Of a stretch of 64,000 bases of DNA, positions 1 to 9,263 are shown one piece after another. Every line of letters starts with the position of its first letter. The stretch's first letter is position 1. This stretch comes from Patescibacteria group bacterium (lineage in GTDB: Bacteria > Patescibacteriota > Patescibacteriia > JACRDY01). Under the pieces are notes generated by a model that searched no databases, had not been told where the DNA came from, and saw nothing but the letters and a program-made list of their open reading frames with translations. The stretch lies in the NCBI GenBank assembly GCA_041653535.1, contig JBAZFH010000001.1:214175-278174 (forward strand). Reading direction: 5' to 3'. Position numbers and translations under genes: made by a program.

Positions 1-389
1 TTGGCAATAGCGGCTAGTTTTGGCATCATATCCGGAGTGGCAATGGCGACATCAAAATCAGTTTTTTCCGTCTTTTTGATTTCGGCGATCAGTTCTTCGC
101 CGCCAACTATATCGGCGCCAGCGGTGCGAGCGTCAGCTTCCTTGTCTGACGGGACAAAAGCGGCGATCTTTTTGGTTTTGCCGGTGCCGTGAGGCAGGGT
201 GATAGTACTGCGGAGTTGCTGGTCGCTTTTTTTAGGATCAATACCAAGGTTAAGATGAACCTCGACACTGGAATCGAACTTTTCTTTGCCACTGGATAAA
301 ACCAAATCCAAGGCTTCGGTCAGGGAGTAAGTTTTAGTTTTGTCGATCTGGGATAAGATTTCTTGATAACGCTTTCCGTGTTTTTTCAT
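1..389 (-). CDS. rplA: 50S ribosomal protein L1, 3'-truncated by window edge
   Basis: Reverse-complement reading from ATG at 389-387 gives MKKHGKRYQEILSQIDKTKTY..., a typical L1 N-terminus. It sits directly downstream of rplK in the canonical secE-nusG-rplK-rplA order. It is absent from the ORF track because it has no stop inside the window. Confidence 0.8.
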   Translation of the reverse strand, partial: MKKHGKRYQEILSQIDKTKTYSLTEALDLVLSSGKEKFDSSVEVHLNLGIDPKKSDQQLRSTITLPHGTGKTKKIAAFVPSDKEADARTAGADIVGGEELIAEIKKTEKTDFDVAIATPDMMPKLAAIA

Positions 390-458
390 ATTAATATTTT
401 TTAGGTGGTGCTAGCGTCTCGCATCGCGGGACTCCCACGTTAGTAAAAGATAGGTTTT

Positions 459-884
459 TTATTGTGTGACCGTGATGCCCATTTGGCGAGCGGTGCCTTC
501 GATGATTTTCATAGCCGCGTCAATGTCATTAGCGTTGAGGTCGGGCATTTTTTTCTCAGCAATTTCTCGTATTTGGTTTTTGGTAACACTACCGACTTTT
601 TCCTGCAGCGGTTTTCCCGATCCCTTGCTGATTCCCGCGGCTTTTTTAAGCAGCTCGGCAGCTGGCGGAGTTTTGAGAATAAAAGTGTAAGTGCGATCTT
701 CAAAAACAGTTATTTCGCAAGGAATGACATCGCCTGACATTTGTTTGGTGGCTTCATTGAATTTGGAGCAAAATTCACCAATATTAAGACCATGTTGACC
801 AAGAGCCGGACCGACTGGAGGCGCTGGATTGGCGGCACCGCCGGTTATTTGTAGCTTGATTATTGTTTTTATCTTTTTTGCCAT
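459..884 (-). CDS. rplK: 50S ribosomal protein L11
   Basis: 141 aa, [35 protein letters not shown]..., a classic L11 N-terminal domain. Confidence 0.95.
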   Translation of the reverse strand: MAKKIKTIIKLQITGGAANPAPPVGPALGQHGLNIGEFCSKFNEATKQMSGDVIPCEITVFEDRTYTFILKTPPAAELLKKAAGISKGSGKPLQEKVGSVTKNQIREIAEKKMPDLNANDIDAAMKIIEGTARQMGITVTQ

Positions 885-953
885 ATTAGATAGTAGTTAG
901 TCTTTAGTGGTTAGGTAGAAGCTTTTGGAACCTAGCTACTAATTACTGTTTAT

Positions 954-1499
954 TTATATTTTTTTAACTTGTAGAAAATCCAGTTCTACCGGCGTTTCGC
1001 GACCAAACATTGATACTAAGGCTTTTACCTTACCCCTGGTTTCGTCAATTTCAGAAACTCGACCTTCAAAGTTTTTGAACGGTCCATCGACAATACGAAT
1101 CGGTTGTCCCAAAGAAAGGTCGATTTTGTATGTTGGCTCCTCGACCCCCATTCTTTTTTTAAGCGATTCAATTTCTTTTTTGGAAATAGGGGTGGGAATG
1201 GTGCCGGAACCGATAAAACCGGTAACGCTTGGTGTATTGCGGACAACATACCAAGAGTCGTCGGTAACAATCATTTCAACCATGACATATCCGGGAAAAA
1301 TCTTTTCTTCAACAACTTTTCTTTTGCCGTTTTTGATTTTAATCTTCTTTTCGGTGGGGATTAAAACGTTAAAAATTTTATCATCCATTCCCATGGAGGC
1401 AATTCTTTGTTTCAAATTTTCGGCAACATTTTCTTCGTAACCGGAGTAAGTATGGATGACGTACCAACGTCGACCAAGATCTAATGTTTGTTTTGGCAT
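954..1499 (-). CDS. nusG: transcription termination/antitermination factor NusG
   Basis: NGN domain (RWYVIHTYSGYEENV) plus a C-terminal KOW region. The likely start is the internal Met (MPKQ...); the track ORF extends to 1529. Confidence 0.9.
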   Translation of the reverse strand: MPKQTLDLGRRWYVIHTYSGYEENVAENLKQRIASMGMDDKIFNVLIPTEKKIKIKNGKRKVVEEKIFPGYVMVEMIVTDDSWYVVRNTPSVTGFIGSGTIPTPISKKEIESLKKRMGVEEPTYKIDLSLGQPIRIVDGPFKNFEGRVSEIDETRGKVKALVSMFGRETPVELDFLQVKKI

Positions 1500-1563
1500 A
1501 TTAAATGGTTTTCGGCACGCAGCTGTCAACTTTTGGCAGTTGCTGGCTTAGTTTTAAAAAAAA

Positions 1564-1752
1564 TTAACGATTAATAATGTTTTCAAACCCAATGGAAAAA
1601 ATATAGTCGAGCGCGCCAAGTATGGCAGCTAAACCCAGGCTAATGCCGATTACTAGCAGGGTGTGCTTGGTAGTTTCTTTTTTAGTCGGCCAAGCAACTT
1701 TTTTCAGTTCGGCTTTTGATTCTTTGAAATAATCAACAATTTTGTTAGACAT
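1564..1752 (-). CDS. secE: preprotein translocase subunit SecE
   Basis: 62 aa with a single C-terminal TM helix, positioned immediately upstream of nusG in the conserved operon. Confidence 0.8.
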   Translation of the reverse strand: MSNKIVDYFKESKAELKKVAWPTKKETTKHTLLVIGISLGLAAILGALDYIFSIGFENIINR

Positions 1753-1854
1753 AAGGGCTAAATCGTTTAAAATTAAGGGTTTTTAAAACTGCCCCAGAAG
1801 GCAGTATTTATTGGCTAAATTATAAAGGATGTTTGGGGATAGGTCAAGGGGTAT

Positions 1855-1890
1855 GTTGACAAATAGTGTAAATATGCTATTATATAAAAT
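1855..1890 (+). promoter_or_regulatory. sigma70-like promoter (TTGACA, ~17 nt spacer, TATTAT/ATTATA) upstream of the 1945 ORF
   Basis: TTGACA at 1855-1860 followed by a -10 like box; AAAGGAGAAA RBS at 1932-1941 before ATG 1945. Confidence 0.45.
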
Positions 1891-1944
1891 TAATGAGGAA
1901 TCATTGGTTGTTTGACATAATATAATAAACAAAGGAGAAATCTG

Positions 1945-2304
1945 ATGGGTAATGATCTGGAAAAAGGGGCAATCTCGGCTTTCAGGACGTGGAAGGAAGG
2001 GCGAATGGCTGAGATTAAGAGACGCGAGCAGGAGCTGGCGGCACTGCTGAAAGCAGCCGTTCCCCAGAGTTTCAGCGTGTGGCTGGCGGAAGCCGGCGAG
2101 ACGGTGATCGAAAATCTGCTCGAGTACGGGTTATCCAGTCGTAAGTATCGACGCGAATACGATGGCGTCATTTACGGCTACACCGACCTCAATGAATTCG
2201 AACAGCGGTTCGAAGAGCTCAAGGTCGCCTGGCACGGTGTGGTTGGTATTGACATCATCTGGGATGGTGACTACCGGTTTGAGGTCACATTCACGGTTTT
2301 TTAG
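1945..2304 (+). CDS. hypothetical protein in a GC-rich islet
   Basis: 119 aa ORF with promoter and RBS. Local GC is clearly higher than the flanks. No recognisable family. Confidence 0.5.
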   Translation: MGNDLEKGAISAFRTWKEGRMAEIKRREQELAALLKAAVPQSFSVWLAEAGETVIENLLEYGLSSRKYRREYDGVIYGYTDLNEFEQRFEELKVAWHGVVGIDIIWDGDYRFEVTFTVF

Positions 2305-2576
2305 ACGGAGGTTTTTCGAGAATGAAGGAAATGGAAGAAGAGTATTTCGGTATTGACTCTCCGGCGCACCGTTCGGTCCGTCAGCCGCGTCGTCGGGACA
2401 AAAAAGGCTGAAAGCGGCGGCGATTTTTACCCAAGGGCGTTGATATTCATAGCGAACGTTGGGTGGACGCCGGCAACGGTCGTGAAGAACTTGTGTTCTT
2501 CCACCAGCGGACCGGCAAGCCGATTGCTCTCGGCGTCGGCCGTCTGGCTGGGTCGTCCTGACAGGAAACATGTATA

Positions 2577-2606
2577 AACCGCGGAATAACCCCGCGGTTT
2601 TTTCTT
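2577..2606 (+). terminator. rho-independent terminator
   Basis: CCGCGG-aataac-CCCGCGG hairpin followed by a T-run. Confidence 0.6.
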
Positions 2607-2663
2607 TTATTCAATTTTGTGGTAAAATAAAGTTGTCAAATACTCTAAAAATAAAACAAAAAT

Positions 2664-3716
2664 ATGCAAAGCGTAGATTATTATCTCAGCAAGGCAATAG
2701 AGCGGGGCGCTTCGGATGTCCACCTAGTATCTAGCGACGCGCCAACTATTCGAATTTATGGTCAGTTGGAGCGAATCGATAAAGAAGACGGTCTTTTGGA
2801 TAATAAAGAGCTGATGGCTGAGGTTTATAAAATGCTTACCAAAGAACAGATAGAGAAATTCGAAGAAGACTGGGAGCTTGATTATGCTTACGAATTAAAG
2901 GAAGCTCGTTTTCGTATCAATCTTCATTATCAAAGCGGGCAAATCGGTCTGGCTGCGCGTTTGATCCCGACGGTTATTCCGACGCCGGAAGAAATCAATC
3001 TTGAGCCGACTCTTTACGAGCTGACACATTTACAACAAGGTTTTATTTTAGTTACCGGTCCTACTGGTTGTGGTAAGTCCACTACCCTGGCTTCAATGAT
3101 TAATATTATTAACCAAGAACGCCGGTGTCATATTATTACTTTGGAGGACCCGATTGAGTTTATCTATCCGACACTGCAAAGCGTAGTGGAACAGCGTGAG
3201 ATCGGTCGTGACACCAAGTCTTTTCACGCCGGTCTCAAACGTGTTTTGCGCCAAGACCCCAATGTTATTTTGGTCGGTGAAATGCGTGATCCGGAAACAA
3301 TGGCGGCGGCGCTTACCGCGGCCGAAACCGGACATTTAGTTTTTTCTACTTTGCACACCAATTCGGCGGCGGAAACCATGGAAAGAATTATCGATTCTTT
3401 TGACACTTTTCGACAGAAACAAATCCTGGTTCAACTGGCGGCATCGTTGAGAGCGGTGGTAACTCAGCAGCTGGTGCCGACGATCGATGGCAAAGTAACG
3501 GTGGTTAGAGAAATTATGATTAACACGCCGGCGATTGCTAATCTAATTCGTCATAACAAAATCGCTCAAATACCGTCGGTAATCCAAACAGGCAAAATCG
3601 ACGGCATGGTTACAACCAACGCGGCGTTGAAGAATTTGTACAATAGAGGAATCATTTCCGAAGAAACTTATCGCAATAGGATGGTCAGCAGTGATAAGGT
3701 GGGGACGTTTTTTTAG
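2664..3716 (+). CDS. pilT: type IV pilus retraction ATPase PilT
   Basis: 350 aa with Walker A GPTGCGKSTT, Asp box, Walker B and His box, in the typical PilT/PilU architecture. Confidence 0.9.
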   Translation: MQSVDYYLSKAIERGASDVHLVSSDAPTIRIYGQLERIDKEDGLLDNKELMAEVYKMLTKEQIEKFEEDWELDYAYELKEARFRINLHYQSGQIGLAARLIPTVIPTPEEINLEPTLYELTHLQQGFILVTGPTGCGKSTTLASMINIINQERRCHIITLEDPIEFIYPTLQSVVEQREIGRDTKSFHAGLKRVLRQDPNVILVGEMRDPETMAAALTAAETGHLVFSTLHTNSAAETMERIIDSFDTFRQKQILVQLAASLRAVVTQQLVPTIDGKVTVVREIMINTPAIANLIRHNKIAQIPSVIQTGKIDGMVTTNAALKNLYNRGIISEETYRNRMVSSDKVGTFF

Positions 3717-3754
3717 AAATTGGCAGTTGGTATTATTTTTTTAATTTTAACTTT

Positions 3755-4087
3755 TTGCCTATGTCTCCAGAACGTTGGGAAAAACTAAAAGGGGAGTTGA
3801 AAGATAAGTTTTCTGATATTAAGGAAGAAAACGGCGAGCTGGACTTTGGTCCAGGAGATTTTGAACGTTTGAGTTTTACCGGACCAATGGGTAAGATTCG
3901 CCTTGATTTTATTACCCGACCGGCGGTGATTGATAAAAAAACCACGACATCGCGACGTGTCGGCGCCGGTGTTGCCGTCGATTATGTTTATTCGCAGGAT
4001 GATTTTATTCATAAATTACAGGTTTATAAATGGAACGATGCCACTAGCGATTGGGACGAAATCAAAGCCAGTATGTTTGGAGAATAA
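3755..4087 (+). CDS. hypothetical protein
   Basis: 110 aa acidic ORF with no family match. Confidence 0.45.
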   Translation: MPMSPERWEKLKGELKDKFSDIKEENGELDFGPGDFERLSFTGPMGKIRLDFITRPAVIDKKTTTSRRVGAGVAVDYVYSQDDFIHKLQVYKWNDATSDWDEIKASMFGE

Positions 4088-4161
4088 TAAATGCGAAAAT
4101 TAGAAATTAGAAGTTTACAGCTACAAAAATTTCCAATTTCCAATTTCTTTATTTTTATATT

Positions 4162-5919
4162 GTGCGAAGGATTATCAGTAATAAGCCAACTTATTTCTTT
4201 CATTCAGGCAGGATAAAATTTCTCTGGCTGACTTTTGTTTTTATTGTCGTGATAATTGTTGGTCGGCTTTTTTGGTTGCAGGTGATAAAGTATGACGATT
4301 TTGCGGAGCTTGCCGCAATGCAGCACGACATCTATCAGGATATCGCTCCGGAAAGAGGAATTATTTACGCTCAAAACACCAAAAATCAGGGGGCTGATTT
4401 TTCCCCCTTAGCTATCAATCAGGAATTTTATTTGATATACGGTCAAACTTTTGCGGTGGAAAACTCCGAGCAAACAGCGAACAAAATGAACGAAGTTTTA
4501 GATCTGCCGCAAGACGTGGTGCAGCGGATTATTACACAACTATCCAAAATTAATGATCCTTACGAGCCGTTGGTGCATCGCGTTACCGAAGATAAAATAA
4601 AAAAAATAGAAGCGCTTGGTTTGCCGGGTATCAAATGGGAAAAAGAAAGTCTGCGTTACTATCCGCAAAAAAATATCAGTAGTAATGTTTTGGGGTTTGT
4701 CGGCTGGGTTGATGACAAGCTAGAAGGACAATACGGTATTGAAGGATATTTCAACGAAGAACTGCGGGGCGAATATGGCTGGCGGCATTCGGAGCGAGAT
4801 GCTCAAGGCACAATCATCGGTGTTGGCGAGCAAAATTTTAAAAAAGCGGTAAACGGCAGTAGTATAGTTTTGACAATTGACGATGCTATCCAAAATGTCG
4901 CTTGTCAGAAGCTTAACGAAGCAGTGGAAAAATATGACGCTGAAGGCGGGTCGGCAATATTTATGAACCCTAAAACCGGGGCGATATTAGCCATGTGTGG
5001 TAGTCCGGATTTTGATCCGAACGCTTACAGTGAAGTGAAAGGGTCAAATGTTTATACTAATCCGGCGATTTTTTCGGCTTATGAACCGGGGTCGGTTTTT
5101 AAAATTATTACTATGGCAGCAGCGCTTGATGCTGGCAAAATAGAACCGGAAACCACCTATGAAGACACTGGTGAAGCAAAAATCGGTTCTTATTCCATAA
5201 AAAATTCCGACTTGAAAGCTCATGGCGTACAAACAATGGTCGATGTTCTTAAATGGTCACTTAACACCGGAGCGATTTGGGCGATGCGCCAAACCGGCTA
5301 CGATACTTTTCGTGATTATGTTCGCAAATTCGGATTTGGCGATTTGACCGGGATTACTTTGAAAGGAGAAATGGCGGGAGATATTTCTTCACTAAACAAA
5401 AAAGGCGATATTTATCCCGCCACCGCTTCTTTTGGTCAGGGTATTATGGCAACGCCGTTACAAATGGTTAATTCTTATTCGACCATAGCTAATGGCGGCA
5501 AGATGATGAAGCCATATATTGTAGAAAAAATAATTGACAGTTCGGGCAATGTAACAAAGTATGAGCCGCAAGAATTACGTCGGGTAATCACCCCTCGGAC
5601 TGCCAGTTTACTTTCCGGTATGATGGTGCAGGTTTTGGAAGCCGGGCATACGCCTCGAGCCAGGGTGCCAGCTTATTATTTGGCTGGAAAAACCGGTACG
5701 GCAGAAGTGGCTTCAAGCTCCGGTGGTTATGGCGCGAGAACCATTCATACTTTTATCGGTTTTGGTCCGGTGAGTAATCCTGTTTTTGTCGGTTTGATTC
5801 GCCTGGATTATCCGACGGCGGCGAAATACGCGGATAGTACCGCGGCGCCGACTTTTGCGGAAATCGCCAAATTTATTTTGAATTATTATGAAGTGAAGGC
5901 GGAGAGGACAGGGGAATAA
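4162..5919 (+). CDS. penicillin-binding protein 2 / FtsI-type peptidoglycan D,D-transpeptidase
   Basis: N-terminal TM, PBP dimerisation domain, and transpeptidase motifs SVFK (SxxK), SLN (SxN) and KTGTA (KTG). Alternative GTG start. Confidence 0.85.
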   Translation: MRRIISNKPTYFFHSGRIKFLWLTFVFIVVIIVGRLFWLQVIKYDDFAELAAMQHDIYQDIAPERGIIYAQNTKNQGADFSPLAINQEFYLIYGQTFAVENSEQTANKMNEVLDLPQDVVQRIITQLSKINDPYEPLVHRVTEDKIKKIEALGLPGIKWEKESLRYYPQKNISSNVLGFVGWVDDKLEGQYGIEGYFNEELRGEYGWRHSERDAQGTIIGVGEQNFKKAVNGSSIVLTIDDAIQNVACQKLNEAVEKYDAEGGSAIFMNPKTGAILAMCGSPDFDPNAYSEVKGSNVYTNPAIFSAYEPGSVFKIITMAAALDAGKIEPETTYEDTGEAKIGSYSIKNSDLKAHGVQTMVDVLKWSLNTGAIWAMRQTGYDTFRDYVRKFGFGDLTGITLKGEMAGDISSLNKKGDIYPATASFGQGIMATPLQMVNSYSTIANGGKMMKPYIVEKIIDSSGNVTKYEPQELRRVITPRTASLLSGMMVQVLEAGHTPRARVPAYYLAGKTGTAEVASSSGGYGARTIHTFIGFGPVSNPVFVGLIRLDYPTAAKYADSTAAPTFAEIAKFILNYYEVKAERTGE

Positions 5920-5967
5920 TGATTGTAAATTGAGAATAGGAAACGTATAAAACTATTTTTTTAAACT

Positions 5968-5998
5968 AAAAACCCCGTTCCATGTTGGTACGGGGTTT
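5968..5998. terminator. bidirectional rho-independent terminator
   Basis: CCCCGT-tccatgttggt-ACGGGG hairpin with flanking A/T runs, lying between convergent genes. Confidence 0.6.
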
Positions 5999-6007
5999 GG
6001 TGTTGAA

Positions 6008-7075
6008 TCAAGAAACTAAGCGAGAAGTAATTCCAGTGACCGTTTGATTGATAATGTCGACATTTTTGCCTAGATTTTCTTCGGTCAAAGACATTTTTTC
6101 CAGGGCTTTTTTGACTTCCGCTTCGGCGGTCAGCATCCGCAGATCTTGCTCGAAATTCATAATGCTGGTGTGAAAGTTTCTGGTTTCCTCGATGATGAAC
6201 GCGAAAACCTGAGCGGAGGTTTTTCGTTCTTTACTGATGGTCATGTCGGCGAGGCGTAGCGCTTCAAACTCGCTGATTTTTTCATAGTATTGGCTCGCCC
6301 TCGCTTCAATTTCGTTAATCCTTCCTTCCACGATTTGTTTCCAGCGAGAAAGCAGTTCTATGCTCTCGTCATTTTCTCGTTTTATTTTTTGCAGCTCGGC
6401 TATCCGCGAACCGCATAGACTGTTTTCTTGTCGGTTGAATTTTTTTATCTCGAAGCTTTTTAGCCGGGTTAGCAGTTTTTCGATTTCCAGATCTAAGCGA
6501 TCGGTTTCATCTGCTAATTTTTTGTAAGTGGAGTTCGCTCCGAGATAATGATTTTTCAGTTCGTCGATCTTTTTCTTGACGTAAACGGCAATCGGTTTTT
6601 CCGAACCGAAAACTTTTTGTATTTTTTCTCGCTTTAAGATTCGGTGGGCGAGGCGTGTTTTGTTTGAGATAATGTGTTCATCAAGACCAAGTCCTAACAA
6701 TAATCCAGCTAACCCACCGAGTAATCCAAAAAAAACAGTAGCAATAAACTGGTCGCTTGAAGACATGATTTGCTGCAGTTCAAAGTGGGAAAAGACTCCG
6801 GTTGTGAGCAGAAAGCCAAGAAGCGTTAATATCTTGCAGAAAAGATAGCGGCCGTGAATTTTTCCTTTTTTGCACACCGGGCAGTCAACGCTGCCTTCTT
6901 TTAGGATATTTTTTTCTTCTTCCGTCAGATCTACTCCGTTCAGTTCGTTCTCGTCCAGATTTGCCAGGTGCGCGATAGATTCGGTCTGCAATTTTTCAAA
7001 CGAATCAGGTACCACGTCGCTTGCTGAAATATCCGGTGGAGTTGCTGCGAGATTTCTTACTGCGGAATTGCTCAT
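6008..7075 (-). CDS. hypothetical membrane protein with N-terminal CPxCK zinc-ribbon-like motif, TM helices and long C-terminal coiled coil
   Basis: 355 aa with CPVCKKGK, a hydrophobic GLLGGLAGLLLGLGL segment and a heptad-rich C-terminus. Confidence 0.55.
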   Translation of the reverse strand: MSNSAVRNLAATPPDISASDVVPDSFEKLQTESIAHLANLDENELNGVDLTEEEKNILKEGSVDCPVCKKGKIHGRYLFCKILTLLGFLLTTGVFSHFELQQIMSSSDQFIATVFFGLLGGLAGLLLGLGLDEHIISNKTRLAHRILKREKIQKVFGSEKPIAVYVKKKIDELKNHYLGANSTYKKLADETDRLDLEIEKLLTRLKSFEIKKFNRQENSLCGSRIAELQKIKRENDESIELLSRWKQIVEGRINEIEARASQYYEKISEFEALRLADMTISKERKTSAQVFAFIIEETRNFHTSIMNFEQDLRMLTAEAEVKKALEKMSLTEENLGKNVDIINQTVTGITSRLVS

Positions 7076-7219
7076 TTTTTAAAACCTCCTGTGGTTTTTT
7101 GTTTTTGTCAACGTTCAGATATTATAACTTAACATAAAGTAGGTTTTTGTCAATTTTAATTTGATTCTATTTTTGACTTGCTTAAAATTAGCTAATTTCA
7201 TATAATAGAGCCAATTCAT

Positions 7220-8530
7220 ATGAAAAAACTTATTCAAAAAATCTTACGTTTTTTTGCCCGGCGGATTTTATTGAGATACAAGCCGCAGGTAGTCGGTATT
7301 ACCGGCAGTATCGGCAAGACTTCTTGTAAAGAAGCAATTTATACGGTTTTGTCGTCAGAGTTTAGTGCCAGACAAAACGATAAAAATTATAATAACGAAT
7401 TTGGCGTACCGTTAACTGTTATCGGCACTGAGACCGGCGGTAGAAATATTTTTAAATGGTTGCTGGTTTTTGGTAGGGCGACCAGGCTTTTATTTTGGCG
7501 CGATAAGAGTTATCCAGCGGTATTGGTATTAGAAATGGGCGCCGATCATCCGGGTGATATCAAATATCTGACTGATTTTGTAAAATGTTATGTCGGGGTG
7601 GTGACTGGAGTGGCTCCGGTACATATTGAATTTTTCGGTGATTTGGAAAATATCGCTAAGGAAAAAAGCGTTATGGTAAAAAGTTTGGATAAAAACGGCA
7701 TTGCAGTTTTGAACTACGACGATGAGCTGGTGCGCGGTATGGCAAACGGACTTCGTGCTGGCAAAGTGATTACCTATGGTTTTGAAGCAGGTGCCGAAGT
7801 GCAGGGCTACGAAGAAAAAATATCCGGTCAAAATATTTCGCGGAAAGACGGTGTAGAAGCGATTCGCGGTATTAGTTTTAAAGTATCATACGACGGCAAC
7901 GTGGTGCCAGTGTTTTTGCCGGCGGTAGTTGGTAAACATTCGGTCAATGCGGCGCTCGCAGCAATCGCCGTCGGTGTCGCTTTTGGTTTGAATCTGGTCC
8001 GCATTGCCGAAAGTCTGGGGCAGTATCGTCCGCCAAAAGGTAGGATGAATCTGATTGACGGCATTAAATATACTTTGATTATTGATGATACTTATAATTC
8101 TTCGCCAAAGCCGGCGATAGCGGCGTTAGAAGTGCTGGCTAAAGTGCAATTGCCGCAAGCTAGGCGCAAATATGCTGTCTTGGGCGACATGTTGGAGCTA
8201 GGCAGTTATACTGAACGCGCCCATTTGGAAGTGGGACGCAAAGTGGCTGAACTTGGTATTGATTATTTACTGACAGTGGGCGAGCGTTCACTGCAAGTAG
8301 CTAATGCAGCTATTGGCGCGGGGATGTCCGAAGATCGGGTTTATACATTTGACAATTCTGCAGAAGCTGGTAAATTTTTGCAGGACCGGATTGAGCAGGG
8401 AGATTTGATTTTAGTTAAAGGGTCGCAAGGTATGCGAATGGAAAAAATAGTTAAAGAACTGATGGCTGAGCCACTGCGCGCCAAAGAGTTGCTGGCTAGG
8501 CAGGGAGGAGGGTGGGAGGATAATTCGTAA
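7220..8530 (+). CDS. murF: UDP-N-acetylmuramoyl-tripeptide--D-alanyl-D-alanine ligase
   Basis: Mur ligase P-loop GITGSIGKTSCKEA and MurF-like central and C-terminal domains. Confidence 0.85.
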   Translation: MKKLIQKILRFFARRILLRYKPQVVGITGSIGKTSCKEAIYTVLSSEFSARQNDKNYNNEFGVPLTVIGTETGGRNIFKWLLVFGRATRLLFWRDKSYPAVLVLEMGADHPGDIKYLTDFVKCYVGVVTGVAPVHIEFFGDLENIAKEKSVMVKSLDKNGIAVLNYDDELVRGMANGLRAGKVITYGFEAGAEVQGYEEKISGQNISRKDGVEAIRGISFKVSYDGNVVPVFLPAVVGKHSVNAALAAIAVGVAFGLNLVRIAESLGQYRPPKGRMNLIDGIKYTLIIDDTYNSSPKPAIAALEVLAKVQLPQARRKYAVLGDMLELGSYTERAHLEVGRKVAELGIDYLLTVGERSLQVANAAIGAGMSEDRVYTFDNSAEAGKFLQDRIEQGDLILVKGSQGMRMEKIVKELMAEPLRAKELLARQGGGWEDNS

Positions 8531-8539
8531 TTGTTTTCC

Positions 8540-8616
8540 GGCCTCATCGTCTAATGGTTAGCCCGCCTCGACTCGCCGATGGCGAAGCCGAGGCGAGGCG
8601 GGGACGCCAGGTTCTC
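8540..8616 (+). pseudogene. tRNA-Glu 5' half (to anticodon loop TTCTC) interrupted in the D-loop by a 41-nt GC-rich hairpin (8562-8602)
   Basis: TCGTCTAATGGTTAG, insert, GACGCCAGGTTCTC matches positions 8-35 of the intact tRNA at 9192. The insert CCCGCCTCG...CGAGGCGGG is a perfect inverted repeat. Acceptor 5' strand GGCCTCA cannot pair with the downstream 3' strand. Confidence 0.75.
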
Positions 8617-8887
8617 TATGATGTATATAATTTATTGGTTAATTGATTTTGACAATAATAAAACCTATGTTGGTTTTACTGATGATTTAAAAAAGAGAAT
8701 CGCCGATCATAAATATGGCAAAACCAAAACAACGAGGAAATTTAAAATATCCAAGGTTTATATTTTAGAGCGGGTTGAAACTTTAGAGCTAGCTAGAAAA
8801 AGAGAAAAATATTGGAAGTCGGCGGCTGGCAGGAGAAAGTTAAAGGAGAAGTTTAGTAAAATTATGGCGCTATCGTCTAATGGTTAG
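8579..8887 (+). CDS. small GIY-YIG nuclease-superfamily protein, copy 1 (true start probably ATG 8618)
   Basis: YIIYWL...KTYVGFTDDLKKRIADH..G...KYWK is a GIY-YIG core. The track start lies inside the tRNA-derived hairpin; MMYIIYW at 8618 is more plausible. The last 6 codons plus TAG stop are encoded by the 5' end of the next tRNA copy (GCGCTATCGTCTAATGGTTAG). Confidence 0.75.
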   Translation: MAKPRRGGDARFSMMYIIYWLIDFDNNKTYVGFTDDLKKRIADHKYGKTKTTRKFKISKVYILERVETLELARKREKYWKSAAGRRKLKEKFSKIMALSSNG

Positions 8888-8942
8888 CCCGCCTCGACTC
8901 GCCGATGGCGAAGCCGAGGCGAGGCGGGGACGCCAGGTTCTC
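8866..8942 (+). pseudogene. tRNA-Glu 5' half, copy 2, with the same 41-nt hairpin insert
   Basis: Identical to copy 1 except for acceptor strand GGCGCTA, which matches the intact tRNA. Confidence 0.75.
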
Positions 8943-9213
8943 TATGATGTATATAATTTATTGGTTAATTGATTTTGACAATAATAAAACCTATGTTGGT
9001 TTTACTGATGATTTAAAAAAGAGAATCGCCGATCATAAATATGGCAAAACCAAAACAACGAGGAAATTTAAAATATCCAAGGTTTATATTTTAGAGCGGG
9101 TTGAAACTTTAGAGCTAGCTAGAAAAAGAGAAAAATATTGGAAGTCGGCGGCTGGCAGGAGAAAGTTAAAGGAGAAGTTTAGTAAAATTATGGCGCTATC
9201 GTCTAATGGTTAG
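8905..9213 (+). CDS. small GIY-YIG nuclease-superfamily protein, copy 2 (identical protein; probable start 8944)
   Basis: Protein 100% identical to copy 1. Its stop codon TAG 9211-9213 is the GGTTAG of the intact tRNA-Glu D-loop. Confidence 0.75.
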   Translation: MAKPRRGGDARFSMMYIIYWLIDFDNNKTYVGFTDDLKKRIADHKYGKTKTTRKFKISKVYILERVETLELARKREKYWKSAAGRRKLKEKFSKIMALSSNG

Positions 9214-9263
9214 GACGCCAGGTTCTCATCCTGGTAATCGGGGTTCGATTCCCCGTAGCGTCA
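9192..9263 (+). tRNA. tRNA-Glu (anticodon CUC), no encoded CCA
   Basis: Manual cloverleaf: acceptor GGCGCTA/TAGCGTC (7 bp, one GU), D stem GTCT/GGAC, anticodon stem CCAGG/CCTGG with loop TTCTCAT, T arm CGGGG-TTCGATT-CCCCG, discriminator A. Confidence 0.85.

Larger units (their letters stand above)
8540..9191 (+). repeat. tandem duplication (2 x 326 bp) of a tRNA-Glu 5' half (with 41-nt hairpin insert) plus GIY-YIG ORF module
   Basis: 8540-8865 and 8866-9191 are near-identical. They differ mainly in the first 7 nt of the tRNA-like part: GGCCTCA in copy 1, GGCGCTA in copy 2. Confidence 0.9.

Noticed and set aside
1-292. Track ORFs 1..192 (+) and 107..292 (-)
   Set aside because: The minus-strand frame starting at ATG 389 encodes ribosomal protein L1 (MKKHGKRYQE…). 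These two ORFs are alternative-frame artefacts inside rplA.
2131-2577. Antisense and overlapping ORFs (2131..2571 -, 2353..2577 +) in the GC-rich islet
   Set aside because: High GC inflates ORF length in every frame. Only the + strand ORF at 1945 has a promoter and RBS. These cannot be excluded, but there is no independent support.
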